A DNA stretch of 63,609 bases, counting the filler, from Malacoraja senta (taxonomy: Eukaryota): assembly GCA_038087875.1 (NCBI GenBank). It is 6 parts of 6 records of this genome, joined end to end, with 100 filler letters (N's around TTAATTAATTAA, not from the genome) between each part and the next. Parts side by side here need not be neighbours in the genome. Positions count along the whole stretch, not along the records: positions 1 to 24,829 come from JAXLNO010002060.1; 5 more parts are not named here. One strand, written 5' to 3'. Positions 12,976-24,929 of this stretch are shown one piece after another (the first letter of the stretch is position 1; each line of letters opens with the position of its first letter). The position numbers and the translations under genes are program-made. Under the pieces are notes generated by a model. The model had not been told where the DNA came from. It ran no database searches and saw only the letters and a program-made list of their open reading frames with translations.

Positions 12976-13374
12976 TATGTAAATGGCTTACTCGGAAACT
13001 TGATAACTGAGGAGAAAACCAGGCTTCTGAATGATCGTTCCATAAGCTAGGGTACTGTCCAATTGACCACTACCCCATTACAGACAGTGGACTTTGTTTA
13101 TGGAACTATGCAGGAAGGAACTGTAGATGCTGGTATAAACCGCAGATAGACACAAAATGCTAGAGTAACTCAACGGGTCAGGCAGCATCTCTGGAGAGAA
13201 GGAATGTGTCACGTTTTGTGTCGAGACCCTTATCTAATGGAACTGGTGTGCTACATTGCTGAGAACTATATGCCACACTCTGTACCTTCCCCTTTGCTCT
13301 ACCTTCAGTACTTGAGTTAACTTGATCATATATATGTATGTTGTTATCTCATCCAATTGGATAGCATGCAACTA

Positions 13375-13650
13375 CCTGGAAAGTTACTGCCTTACAGTAC
13401 CACAGACCAAAGTTCAATCCTGGCAATGGGTGCTGTCTATATAGAGTTCATATATTCTCTCTGTGACCATGTGAGTTATCTCCGGGTGCTACAGTTCCGT
13501 CACATTCAAAGACGTGCAGGTTTGTAAGTTTTTTGGCTTCTGTAAATTGTCCCTAGTGTGTAGGATAGAACTAATATTTGGGTGGTCATTAGTCAGCACA
13601 GGTTCAGTGGGCCAAAAGGCCTATTTCCATGCTGTACCTCGAAACTAAAC
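13375..13650 (+). mobile_element. Degenerate V-SINE/HE1-like SINE
   Basis: Similar to the 6430-6745 core and tail. Confidence 0.7.
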
Positions 13651-14559
13651 GTGACAATAATAAACCGCAACTTACCCCTGTGCCTATCTGTAGATTAGTG
13701 TCACTCATACTGTGGCTCCGCCCACAGGCTTGTTAGACAGCTCTCTCTCCCTCTCTCTCTCTGGTAGACTGGTAGTAAGCATGCTGAGAAGAAAGCACCT
13801 TGTGTTTCCTCTGCAATGTTACTAATAACCACTATGTGTGAGTTTGATCATTCTTTTAACACTATCTCTTGTGTTGTTACGTATCTGGAACTAAGTGGTA
13901 GCTGCGCTTAACTTTGTTGTAGCATAACTGTTTATGCTGAACAATTCATGAAAAAAGTCTAAAAAGGATTTAAAAAACAAGTGATTCCAGCATGTTGAAA
14001 GATAATTGGGACTGATACGTAATGGGTGGCACTGCGGCACAGTTCCAGTGACGAGGGTTCGGTCACAATCTTGAAACAGAAAAACTTAAACTGAGGCAGG
14101 CGCCTCAACTTCATCAATCCAGTGCTGTTATGACACTGGGCCTTAACATGGGAAAATTAGAAATTGGGTATTTCCTTAGGGCAAAATCAGACTTCTCAGA
14201 GACTTGAAAGCTGCAAGATAGTCCTGGAATGTGGTGGATCTCTGCGTGCTGTTCCAGAAGTGGACGTATTGTACTTATGTACAGTATGACTTGACTGGGG
14301 AGAATGCAGAACAACCATTTCACTGCAGATAGACACAAAAAGCTGGAGTAACTCAGCGGGACAGGCAGCATCTCTGGAGAGAAGGGACGAGGTGTACAGC
14401 ATCTGCTGTTCCATCCAAACCATTTCACTGCATCTCTGCATGCATGAAACTAAACAGTTATATAAAATGCAGCACATACTGCAGTACTCAAGTAGGTCAG
14501 GCTGTCCTGATTTTGCTGGTGGATAACTTTACTGTAATTAAAAAACACACAAAAACGTG

Positions 14560-15300
14560 CAGGTGTAACTCAGTGGTTCAGGCAGCATCTGGAAGACATG
14601 GTTATGTAATGTTTCAGCTTGGGATCCTGCTTCATACTTCTTGCATCTGTTCTTTCTGACTTCAACTTAACAGTTGAAATCACCAGTTCTTTTATCGACA
14701 GGGAATGCAACTCGTTGAATGTGGAATTGAGTTTGAAAGGCTGCAACATGTCCAGACAGAAGCTGAGTTGTTGGTCCTCAAGGTTACTTTCACCCTTGTT
14801 ATCCTAGTGTAAGAGGTACAGATGGATGGATCATGGTGGGTGTTGAATGGAGAATTAGAGTGGCAGGAATTAGGAATCTTAGAAAGTCCCATGGATTGAA
14901 TGCAGGTTCTCCAGAAAGCAGCCATTCAATTTGTTTCATTGATGCCATGTGGAAGATTACGTCATGAAAACTAAATGCAGTAGATTTGACTGGAAGTGCT
15001 AGTGTTTCACGCTGTTTCACTTTGAAGAACTACCTGGGTCTACGGACAGTGGGAAGGGAAGAGGTAAATGGATAGATGTTGAATGCACCAAGACAGGAAA
15101 GTAGAGGAAAGTTGTGGGCATAGTAGACAGACCAGGGAGTGAAAAAGGGAATGACTACTTCAAGATATAGAATGGGGATCAGGGCAGGAGGGGAGGGAGA
15201 AATGGATTGACTAATTGAATCAGATTTAAACTGGGAGTAAGTATTCAACATGGAGGCTGGAGGAGTGGAAAACATATCCCTGCCCTGTCTAATGAGAATA
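14560..15300 (-). mobile_element. Highly degenerate Penelope-like 3' region
   Basis: Weak similarity to the Penelope GIY-YIG/terminal segments at 37270-37755 and 58145-58715. Confidence 0.45.
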
Positions 15301-15384
15301 TATGGAACATAGAACAGTACAAGAACAGGACTTTCAGCCTGCAATGTCCATGTCGAACAGGATACCAAGTTAAACTAAGGCAAC

Positions 15385-15675
15385 ACAGAGGCACAGTGAT
15401 AGAGTGGCTGTCTTATAGCATTAGAGACCCGGGTTTGATCCTGACTAGAGTGCTGTCTGGACGGAGTTTGTACGTTCCCTCTGTCACCCTGTGGGTTTTC
15501 TCTGGGGGCTCCGGTTTCCTCCCAAATACAAATGACGTGCAGGTTTGTAGGTTAATTGGCTTCTGTAAATTGTCCCTAGCTTGTCGGACAGAAATAGTGA
15601 ATGGGCAATTGCTGGTCAGTGCGGACTCAGTGGCCCAAAGTTCCTGTTTCCATACTCTATCTCTAAACTAAACCA
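15385..15675 (+). mobile_element. V-SINE/HE1-like SINE
   Basis: gagacccgggtttgatcc head, conserved core, ctaaactaaac tail. Confidence 0.8.
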
Positions 15676-15984
15676 AAACTCCACTGCCTGCATGTGATCC
15701 ATATCCTTGTATTCCCTGCATAACCACAAGCCTGTCCAAAACCTTCTTAAGCACCATTATCATGTCCTCCTCTACCACCACTCCTGGTAGCGCATTCTAG
15801 GTATCAAGCTCTCTCTGCAAAAATACACTTGACCTGCACAACTCGTGTAAATTTTGCCCTTCGAAGCTTAACGCTATGCTCTATAGAGATGTGTGAAAGA
15901 GATGCAATCCCATTAGGGGCTGTCAACTGTGGTCAAGAAAATCCATGGTTAACTAATATGAAAGATATCAATTGCATTTTCTCC

Positions 15985-16268
15985 CTGTCAAGCAGGGATG
16001 TAATGCTGAGGTTCTATAAGGCACCAGTCAAGCCACATTTGGAGCATTGTGAGCAATTTTGGGCACCATATCTGGGGAAGGATGTGCTGGCTCTATAGAG
16101 GGTCCAGAAGAGGTGTACAAGAATGATCCCAGGAATTAATGGATTAACATATGATGAGCATTTGATGGCAGTGGACCGGTACTCGCTGGATTTTAGAAGA
16201 ATAAGGGGGGACCTCATTGAATCATACCAAATAGTGAAAAGCTTGGATAGAGTGGATGTGGAGAGGAT
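15985..16268 (+). mobile_element. CR1 fragment
   Basis: PHLEHCEQFWAPY..MIPGINGLTYDE..FRRIRGDLIE. Confidence 0.8.
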
Positions 16269-16269
16269 C

Positions 16270-16625
16270 AATTCTGGGGTCATTAACCCTCCCTTTACTC
16301 TCTTTCCCTTCAACTCCGTCATCGACTATCCCAATGGCCATGGGGGGGGGGGGGGTCCAAGAGGATGGGGTCCGTTGGAGACGGGAAAAGGGATCATCAA
16401 TGGGGGCGAGGACTCCTTCCCGTGGAAGAACGGTGTGAGGCGGAGGCGAGGGAAGAAGAGCTCCAAATCGAGGCGGGCGCGGAACTCATTGAGGTGGGGA
16501 CGGAGGGGGACAAAGGTGAGGCCTCTGCTGAGGACAGACCGTTCGGTATCTGAGAGGGGGAGGTCAGGGGGGATAGTGAACACACGGCAGGGATGAGGGT
16601 TGGGGCCGGAGGAAGGCAGGTGGGT
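16270..16625 (-). mobile_element. Penelope-like element, N-terminal RT fragment
   Basis: VFTIPPDLPLSDTERSVLSRGLTFVP...LELFFPRLRL matches the LSxGLxFVP/FFRRLRL region characteristic of Penelope-like ORFs. Confidence 0.75.
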
Positions 16626-16626
16626 G

Positions 16627-17385
16627 GACTGAGGCGATGGTGGCCAATTAGGAAAAGGGGAGATGCAACGAGACCTGGGTGTCATGGTACACCAGTCATT
16701 GAAAGTAGGCATGCAGGTGCAGCAGGCAGTGAAGAAAGCGAATGGTATGTTAGCATTCATAGCAAAAGGATTTGAGTATAGGAGCAGGGAGGTTCTACTG
16801 CAGTTGCACAGGATCTTGGTGAGACCACACCTGGAGTATTGCGTAAAGTTTTGTTCTCCTAATCTGAGGAAAGACATTCTTGCCAAAGCGGGAGTACAGT
16901 GAAGGTTCACCAGACTGATTCCTGGGATGTCAGGACTTTCATATGAAGAAAGACTGGATAGACTCGGCTTGTACTCGCTAGAATTTAGAAGATTGAGGGG
17001 GGATCTTATAGAAACTTACAAAATTCTTAAGGGGTTGGACAGGCTAGATGCAGGAAGATTGTTCCCGATGTTGGGGAAGTCCAGAACAAGGGGTCACATT
17101 TTATGGATAAGGGGGAAATCTTCTAGGACCGAGATGAGAAAAACATTTTTCACACAGAGAGTGGTGAATCTGTGGAATTCTCTGTCACAGAAGGTAGTTG
17201 AGGCCAGTTCATTGGCTATATTTAAGAGGGAGTTAGATGTGGCCCTTGTGGCTAAAGGGATCAGGGGATATGGAGAGAAGGCAGGTACAGGATACTGAGT
17301 TGGATGATCAGCCATGATCGTATTGAATGGCGGTGCAGGCTCGAAGGGCCGAATGGCCTACTCCTGCTCCTATTTTCTATGTTTC
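16627..17385 (+). mobile_element. CR1 LINE 3' fragment
   Basis: QRDLGVMVHQSLKV..LVRPHLEYC..KAGTGY with 3' UTR. Confidence 0.95.
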
Positions 17386-17694
17386 TGTCCTCTCCACAAC
17401 GAAAATAAACCTCATCTGCATTTTATTCCCCCCACACCACCAAAGCCTCCGGAATCGCAAGCACAGCACCACCGATGGGAGGGTTTGTGACAACGCCACT
17501 ATGTCAAAAGTTTAACACACCTTGGTGGAGCGGGCCGAGTCCCCCCTAGATCTCGAGGCTATAAACTTAAGCTTGTCTGGCTCATACGTAAATCCGGCCC
17601 TGGAGGGAGGAAACCGGAGCGCCCGGAGAAAACCCACGCATGTCAAGGGGAGAGAGAACGTGCAAACCCCGTATAGACAGCGCCCAATGATACT

Positions 17695-17835
17695 TCTCTA
17701 TCCCTCTCTGTCACCCCTCTCTCTCCTCTCTCCCTCTCTTCCCTCTCTCTCTCTCTATCCCTCTCTTCCTCATTCCCTCTATTCCTCTCTCCCTCTCTTC
17801 CCTCCCCTCCCTCCTTTTTCCTCTCCACCCCACCC
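17695..17835. repeat. CT-rich polypyrimidine low-complexity tract
   Basis: Almost pure C/T run. Confidence 0.9.
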
Positions 17836-18417
17836 TCAATGCACCAAAAAAACAACAAAAACACCCCGGAACCAACATTCGGCGTTTCGCCCTCCACCCG
17901 GACGCCTGAGATCCGCCGTCCCGCTTTGCCAGCCCCGGTGCGCAGCCCTAAAGCGTCCCCTCTCCCGCCGGAATCGCCTCGGGAATGCAGCTGTGAAGAG
18001 CAGGTAAAGATAAAAGCGCTACCATGCAGCGGGGGGGCAGCAATGCAGCCAGTGATGCATGCATTCACTATAATGCAGCAGGGGGAGCATGCACAGGCGC
18101 TGGCAGGCGGTTCCCCACACTTTATAATCACACTTTATCCACGCTTAATGTGACCCTTGCAGGCCGATTCCTGTCTCATTTCCAAACCATTTGCCCCAAA
18201 AATTCCCCCAAAGTCACCAAACTGACCTTGCAGGACAACGTGGTGGATGCGGGGAGCCTGGAGCGTCCGGAAAAGGCCCTTCAGCCCATTTCACTACTGC
18301 TAGCCCACACTTGGCATTGTCTGCATTGGACCTTTCTGAATTTGTAGTCATCAGGGCAGTTCTCTGCATATCGCCAACTTACCGAGTCCACTCCGTCTTG
18401 CAACCCTGGCTGACCTA

Positions 18418-18690
18418 TCTCCCCCTCTCTCACCCCCTCTCTCTCCCCCTCTCTCTCCCCCCTCACTCACCCCCCCTCTCACCCCCCCTCTCTCGCTCCC
18501 CTCTCTCTCTCCCCCTCTCTCTCCCCCCTCTCTCTCCCCCCTCTCTTCTCCCCTCTCCCCCCCCTCTCTCCCTCCCCCTCTCTGCGTCTCTCTACCCCTT
18601 CCTCTCTCCCCTCTCTCCCCCTCTTCATCCCCCCCTCTCCCTCACTCCCCCTCCCACTCTGCCCCTCTCTCACTCCCTCTCACTCCATCC
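18418..18690. repeat. CT-rich polypyrimidine low-complexity tract
   Basis: Almost pure C/T run; explains the P/S/L-rich and R/E/G-rich spurious ORFs. Confidence 0.9.
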
Positions 18691-18693
18691 CTA

Positions 18694-19012
18694 ATGAGAC
18701 TACACCTGGAGTATGGCGTGCAGTTTTGGCCTGTTGGCCTTCATAACAAGAGTAGTTGAGTATCAAGTCAAGTCAAGTCACATTTATTTATATAACACAT
18801 TTAAAAAACAACTCTCGTTGGCCAAAGTGCTTTACATTTTGTATAGGAGCAAAGAGGTCCTTCTGCAGTTGTACAGGGCCCTAGTGAGACCACACCTGGA
18901 GTATTGTGTGCAGTTTGGGCCTGTTGGCCTTCATAACAAGAGGAGTTGAGTATAGGAGCAAAGAGGTCCTTCTGCAGTTGTACAGGGCCCTGGTGAGACC
19001 ACATCTGGAGTA
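18694..19012 (+). repeat. Tandem repeat of a 109-bp CR1 coding segment (about 2.2 units), first unit interrupted by an about 81-bp (tcaag)n-tailed insert
   Basis: gtataggagc recurs at 18841 and 18950; gtgagacc at 18884 and 18993. Confidence 0.75.
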
Positions 19013-19103
19013 TTCCATCCGCAGTTCACACTTCAAATTAAGTGGGCTTGAGGAAGCCACTGATTGGTGGAAACGGACTAGGGGAAGCCGCTGATTGGCT
19101 TGT

Positions 19104-19397
19104 ACCCAGGGTAAGGCATTGTATTGTACCCAGGGTAAGGCTTTGTATTGTATCCAGGGTAAGGCTTTGTATTGTATCCAGGGTAAGGCTTTGTATTGTA
19201 TCCAGGGTAAGGCTTTGTATTGTATCCAGGGTAAGGCTTTGTATTGTATCCCGGGTAAGGCTTTGTATTGTATCCAGGGTAAGGCTTTGTATTGTATCCA
19301 GGGTAAGGCTTTGTATTGTATCCAGGGTAAGGCTTTGTATTGTATCCAGGGTAAGGCTTTGTATTGTATCCAGGGTAAGGCTTTGTATTGTATCCAG
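19104..19397 (+). repeat. 24-bp minisatellite (CCAGGGTAAGGCTTTGTATTGTAT) x about 12 inside the CR1 5' region
   Basis: Directly visible near-perfect tandem array; translates as (IQGKALYC)n. Confidence 0.97.
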
Positions 19398-21198
19398 ATG
19401 GGGCTCCTAAGGGACCGTGTTAGGAACCTGGAGCAGCAGCTCGATGACCTCTGTCTGATCAGGGAGAGTGAGGAGGTTATAGAAAGGAGTTATAGGGAGG
19501 TGGTCACTCCAAGACCATGGGAGGCAGGCAAGTGGGTCACTGTTAGGAAGGGCAAGGGGCAGAGGCAGGGACTAGTGAGTACCACGGTGGTTGTACACCT
19601 TGACAATAAGTACTCATGTTTGAGTACGGTTGGGGGCGACAGCCTTCCTGCGGGTAGCGACAGCGGCCGGGCCTCTGGCACAGAGACCGGCCCTGTTGCT
19701 CAGAAGGGCATTAGTAATTGGGGACTCTATAGTTAGGGGGTCAGATAGGTGATTCTGTGGACGCAGTCAGGAGACCCGGATGGTAGTTTGCCTCCCTGGT
19801 GCCAGGGTCAGGGATGTGTCTGAACATGTCCAAGATATCCTGAAATGGGAGGGAGAGGAGCCTGAGGTCGTGGTACATATAGGTACCAATGACATAGGTA
19901 GAAAGAGAGAAGAGGTCCTGAAAGGAGAATTTAGGGAGTTGGGAGGAGAGTTAAGGAGAAGGACCACAAATATAACAATCTCAGGATTATTACCTGTGCC
20001 ATGAGACAGTGAGAGTAGGAATGGAATGAGGTGGAGGATAAATGTGTGGCTGAGGGACTGGTGCAGCGGGCAGGGATTCAAATTTCTGGATTATTGGGAC
20101 CTCTTTTGGGGAAGGTGTGACCTGTACAAAAAGGACGGGTTGCACTTGAACCCGAGGGGGACCAATATCCTGGCGGCGAGATTTGCAAAGGCAACTGGGG
20201 AGACTTTAAACTAGAACGGTTGGGGGGAGGGACTCGAATAGGGAAAGCTAGTAGTCAGGGTGTGAGGCAGGAGGCAGAGAAGGGAAGCACTCGGACCCAA
20301 AATGTAGGGGAGAAAGAAGAAAAAGATAATAAACAGCGAATAAGTGGTGGTGGGTTTCTTAAATGTGTATATTTAAATGCTAGGAGCATTGTAAGAAAGG
20401 TGGATGAGCTTAGAGCCTGGATTGACACCTGGAAGTATGATGTGGCGATCAGTGAAACATGGTTGCAGGAGGGCTGTGAGTGGAAACTAAATATTCCAGA
20501 ATTTCGTTGCTTTAGGTGTGATAGAGTTGGAGGGGCAAGAGGTGGGGGTGTTGCATTGCTTGTCAAGGAAGATATTACAGCAGTGCTTTGGCAGGATAGA
20601 TTAGAGGGCTCGTCTAGGGAGGCTATTTGGGTGGAACTGAGAAATGGGAAAGGGGTAGCAACACTTATAGGGGTGCATTATAGACCGCCTAATGGAGAGC
20701 GAGAATTGGAAGAGCAAATATGTAAGGAGATAGCAGATATTAGTAGTAAGCACAAGGTAGTGATTGTGGGAGATTTCAATTTTCCACATATAGACTGGGA
20801 AACACATTCTGTAAAAGGGCTGGATGGTTTGGAGTTTGTAAAATGTGTGCAGGATAGTTTTTTGCAGCAATACATAGAGGTACCTACAAGAGAAGGGGCA
20901 GTGCTGGACCTCCTGTTAGGAAATGAGACAGGGCAGGTGGCGGAGGTATGCGTTGGGGAGCACTTTGGGTCCAGTGATCACAATACCATTAGTTTCAATA
21001 TAATTATGGAGAGGGTCAGAACTGGCCCTAAGGTTGAGATTTTTGACTGGAGAAAGGCTAACTTTGAGGAGATGCGAAAGGATTTAAAAGGAGTGAATTG
21101 GGACATGTTGTTTTATGGGAAGGATGTAGAAGAGAAATGGAGGACATTTAAAGGTGAAATTTTAAGAGTACAGAATCTTTATGTCCCTGTTCGGTTGA

Positions 21199-21818
21199 GT
21201 ATAGGAGCAGGGAGGTTCTACTGCAGTTGTACAGGGTCTTGGTGAGACCACACCTGGAGTATTGCGTACAGTTTTGGTCTCCAAATCTGAGGAAGGACAT
21301 TATAGCCATAGAGGTAGTGCAGAGAAGGTTCACCAGACTGACTCCTGGGATGTCAGGACTTTCATATGAAGAAAGACTGGATAGACTTGGCTTATACTCG
21401 CTAGAATTTAGGAGATTGAGAGGGGATCTTATAGAAACGTACAAAATTCTTATGGGGTTGGAGAGGCTAGATGCAGGAAGATTGTTCCCGATGTTGGGGA
21501 AGTCCAGGACAAGGGGTCACAGCTTAAGGATAAGGGGGAAATCGTTTAAGACCGAGATGAGGAAAAACTTTTTCACACAGAGAGTGGTGAATCTCTAGAA
21601 CTCGCTGCCACAGAGGGTAGTTGAGGCCAGTTCATTGGCAATATTTAAGAGGGAGTTAGATGTGGCCCTTGTGGCTAAGGGGATCAGGGGGTATGGAGAG
21701 AAGGCAGGTACGGGATACTGAGTTGGATGATCAGCCATGATCATATTGAATGGTGGTGCAGGCTCGAAGGGCCGAATGGCCTACTCCTGCACCTATTTTC
21801 TATGTATCTATGTATCTA
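21199..21818 (+). mobile_element. 5'-truncated CR1 nested inside the CR1 ORF2
   Basis: Host ORF2 reads LYVPVRL|KGNSKNWKEPW across the insert; insert has its own 3' UTR and (tatctatg)n tail. Confidence 0.85.
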
Positions 21819-22989
21819 TGAAAGGAAATAGTAAAAATTGGAAAGAGCCATGGTTTTCAAGGGAAATTGGACACTTGGTTCGGAAAAAGAGAGAGATCTA
21901 CAATAATTATAGGCGGCATGGAGTAAATGAGGTGCTGCAGGAGTATAAAGAATTTAAAAATAATATTAAGAAAGAAATTAGAAAAGCTAAAAGAAGATAT
22001 GAGGTTGCTTTGGCAAGTAAGGTGAAAGTAAACCCAAAGGGTTTCTGCAGCTATATTAATAGCAAAAGGATAACAAGGAATAATATTGGTCAATTTGAGA
22101 GTCAGGGTGGACAGCTATCTGCAGAGCCAAAAGAGATGGGGGAGATATTGAACAATTTTTTTTCTTCGATATTCACCAAGGAGAAGGATATTGAATTATG
22201 TGAGGTAAGGGAAACAAGCAGAGTAGCAATGGAAACTATGAGATTCAAAGAAGAGGAAGTGTGGACACGTTTGAAAAATATGAAAACGGATAAGTCTCCA
22301 GGTCCTGACAGGATATTCCCTAGGACATTGAGAGAAGTTAGTGTAGAAATAGCAGGGGCTATGACAGAAATATTTCAAATGTCATTAGAAACAGGAATAG
22401 TGCCGGAGGATTGGCGTACTGCGCATGTTGTTCCATTCTTTAAAAAGGGTTCTAGAGTAAACCTAGCAATTATAGACTGTTAGTTTGACGTCAGTGGTGG
22501 GCAAATTAATGGAAAGGATACTTAGGGATAATATATATAAGCATCTGGATAAACAGGGTCTGATTAACAACAGTCAACATGGATTTGTGCCTGGAAGGTC
22601 ATGTTTGAATAATCTTCTTGAATTTTTCGAAGAGGTTACTAGGGAAATTGATGAGGGTAAAGCAGTGGATGTTGTCTATATGGACTTCAGTAAGGCCTTT
22701 GACAAGGTTCCTCATGGAAGGTTGGTTAAGAAGATTCAATTGTTGGGTATTAATGGTGGAGTAGCAAGATGGATTCAATAGTGGCTGAATGGGAGATGCC
22801 AGAGAGTAATGGTGGATGGCTGTTTGTCAGGTTGGAGGCCGGTGACTAGTGGGGTGCCTCAGGGGTCTGTGTTGGGTCCACTGTTGTTTGTCGTGTACAT
22901 CAATGATCTGGATGATGGTGTGGAAAATTGGATTAGTAAGTATGCAGATGATACTAAGATAGGTGGTGTTGTGGATAATGAAGTAGATT

Positions 22990-24829
22990 TTCTTTTTCTT
23001 TTTCTTTATTTATTTATTTTTATTTTTATTTTGAACGATCAAAACAAGAAGAAAAAAAGATGATAATGAACAATNNNNNNNNNNNNNNNNNNNNNNNNNN
23101 NNNNNNNNNNNNNNNNNNNNNNNNNNNNNNNNNNNNNNNNNNNNNNNNNNNNNNNNNNNNNNNNNNNNNNNNNNNNNNNNNNNNNNNNNNNNNNNNNNNN
23201 NNNNNNNNTAAAAAATCAAAAGCCAATTTCAACATAATACACATTCGACTCGTTGAAAAAGGGATAGGAAGAAGCCTATGCTTGTCAAGTCCTACCCCCA
23301 TTCTTCACCATTAACAAATGCAAAATTCAATAAAATAAACTAAACAGACAATTCAAATAAAACTACTCCAATCAAGCTATTAAGAAAAAAAGAATAAAAA
23401 AAGAAAAGAACAAAAAGAACCAGCACCATTAACATCTGTGAGATTTACATTCTCCTTCCTCATTACTGTACTTTTCAAAGATATATCTTTTGTACATTTT
23501 TTTAAATTGCATTATATTCATACTTTGTTTAATCGTTTCGTCAAGACCATTCCACAAAACCACCCCACAAATGGAAATCCACATACTTTTTAAATTGGTC
23601 CGAGCATAATGCTGTTTCAAGTTTAGTTTCCCTCTAAAGTTATAACCCCCCTCTCTGTCTTTGAACAGTTTTTATATGTTTACAGGTAGCAGTTTATTTT
23701 TTGCTTTATAAATTATTTGTGCAGTCTTAAATTCTACCAGATCCTTAATCTTTAAGGTGTGTAATTTTAAATACAGTATATTGGTGTGTTCATGATATCC
23801 TACATTGTTTACTATACGAATAGCTCTTTTTTGTAGTGTGCTTAGTGATTGTAAGGTGGTTTTGTAGGTGTTGCCCCATACTTCCACACAGTAATTTAAA
23901 TACGGTAACACAAGTGAGCTGTACAGAATATACAGTGCTCTCTTATTCAAAACATGCCTTGCTTTCCCCATCACTCCAATACTCCGTGCTACTTTTGCTC
24001 TCACATGTTTTATATGGGGTTTCCAGCAGATTTTGTGATCAAGAATCACACCCAGAAATTTATTTTCATACATTCTTTCTATTCCAACATTATTTATAAT
24101 TACTTTTACTTGTGTATTTATTTTGCGTTTTCCAAACAGCATAAGTTTGGTTTTGTTTAAATTTAATGATAATTTATTCAAATCAAACCATGTTTTTAGT
24201 TTACTCATTTCTGCTGTGACCACCTCCAAAAGCTGCTGCAAATTGTCCCCATCACAGAAAATATTAGTGTCATCTGCAAATAACACAAATTTCAAGAGGT
24301 TTGACCCTACATATATCATTAATATACAAAATAAATAATTTGGGGCCCAAAACTGACCCCTGTGGGACTCCACAAGTTATTTCTAAGCATGTTGATTTGC
24401 AGTCCCCTATTTGCACAAACTGATGTCTTTTACTTATGTAGCTTCTCATCCACTCTAGTACAACCCCTCTGATTCCATAATTTTCCAGTTTTTTGATTAG
24501 CAAATGATGATCAATTGTATCGAATGCTTTTTTCAAATCTATAAATACACCCACTGCATATTTCTTGTTATCTATAGAACTGGTAATGTCTTCAATTAAC
24601 TCCATTAATGCCATGGATGTTGATCTGTTTGACCTGAATCCATATTGACTATTAACTAACAATTCGTGCTTCTCGATAAAGTTATCTAATCTACTTACAT
24701 ACAGTTTTTCTAATATTTTTGAGAACTGAGAGAGTAACGACACCGGCCTGTAATTTGTAAATTGATTTCTGTCTCCAGCTTTGTATAGTGGGATGACTTT
24801 GGCAGTTTTCATTTTACATGGAAATACAC
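22990..24829 (-). mobile_element. L2/Crack-group LINE RT 3' portion with one frameshift; spans the N gap
   Basis: [47 protein letters not shown]; A-rich 3' tail on the minus strand at about 22990-23030. Confidence 0.85.
23075..23208. other. Intra-scaffold assembly gap (134 N, no linker)
   Basis: N run. Confidence 0.99.
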
Positions 24830-24929
24830 NNNNNNNNNNNNNNNNNNNNNNNNNNNNNNNNNNNNNNNNNNNNTTAATTAATTAANNNNNNNNNNNNNNN
24901 NNNNNNNNNNNNNNNNNNNNNNNNNNNNN
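24830..24929. other. Artificial 100-bp spacer (44N-TTAATTAATTAA-44N)
   Basis: Six-frame-stop linker at 24874-24885; identical structure recurs four more times. Confidence 0.97.

Larger units (their letters stand above)
19020..22985 (+). mobile_element. CR1 LINE (5' UTR, SGNH/esterase-type ORF1, ORF2 APE+RT), disrupted and 3'-truncated
   Basis: ORF1 VVCLPGARVRDV..VVVHIGTNDIG; ORF2 YLNARSI..IVGDFN..SSDHN..KSPGPD..QHGFV..DFSKAFDKVPH..QGSVLGP..KYADDTK; contains stops and frameshifts. Confidence 0.95.

Noticed and set aside
14114-14428. 104-aa minus-strand ORF upstream of the C1 exon, checked as a possible alpha2 exon
   Set aside because: Starts in repeat sequence and lacks alpha1/alpha2 motifs and matching splice sites
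17522-18694. Several 100-170-aa Pro/Ser/Leu- or Arg/Glu/Gly-rich ORFs
   Set aside because: Products of CT-rich low-complexity tracts and SINE sequence
19104-19397. Regular repeat array superficially like a CRISPR
   Set aside because: Head-to-tail 24-mers with no spacers, in a eukaryotic LINE context
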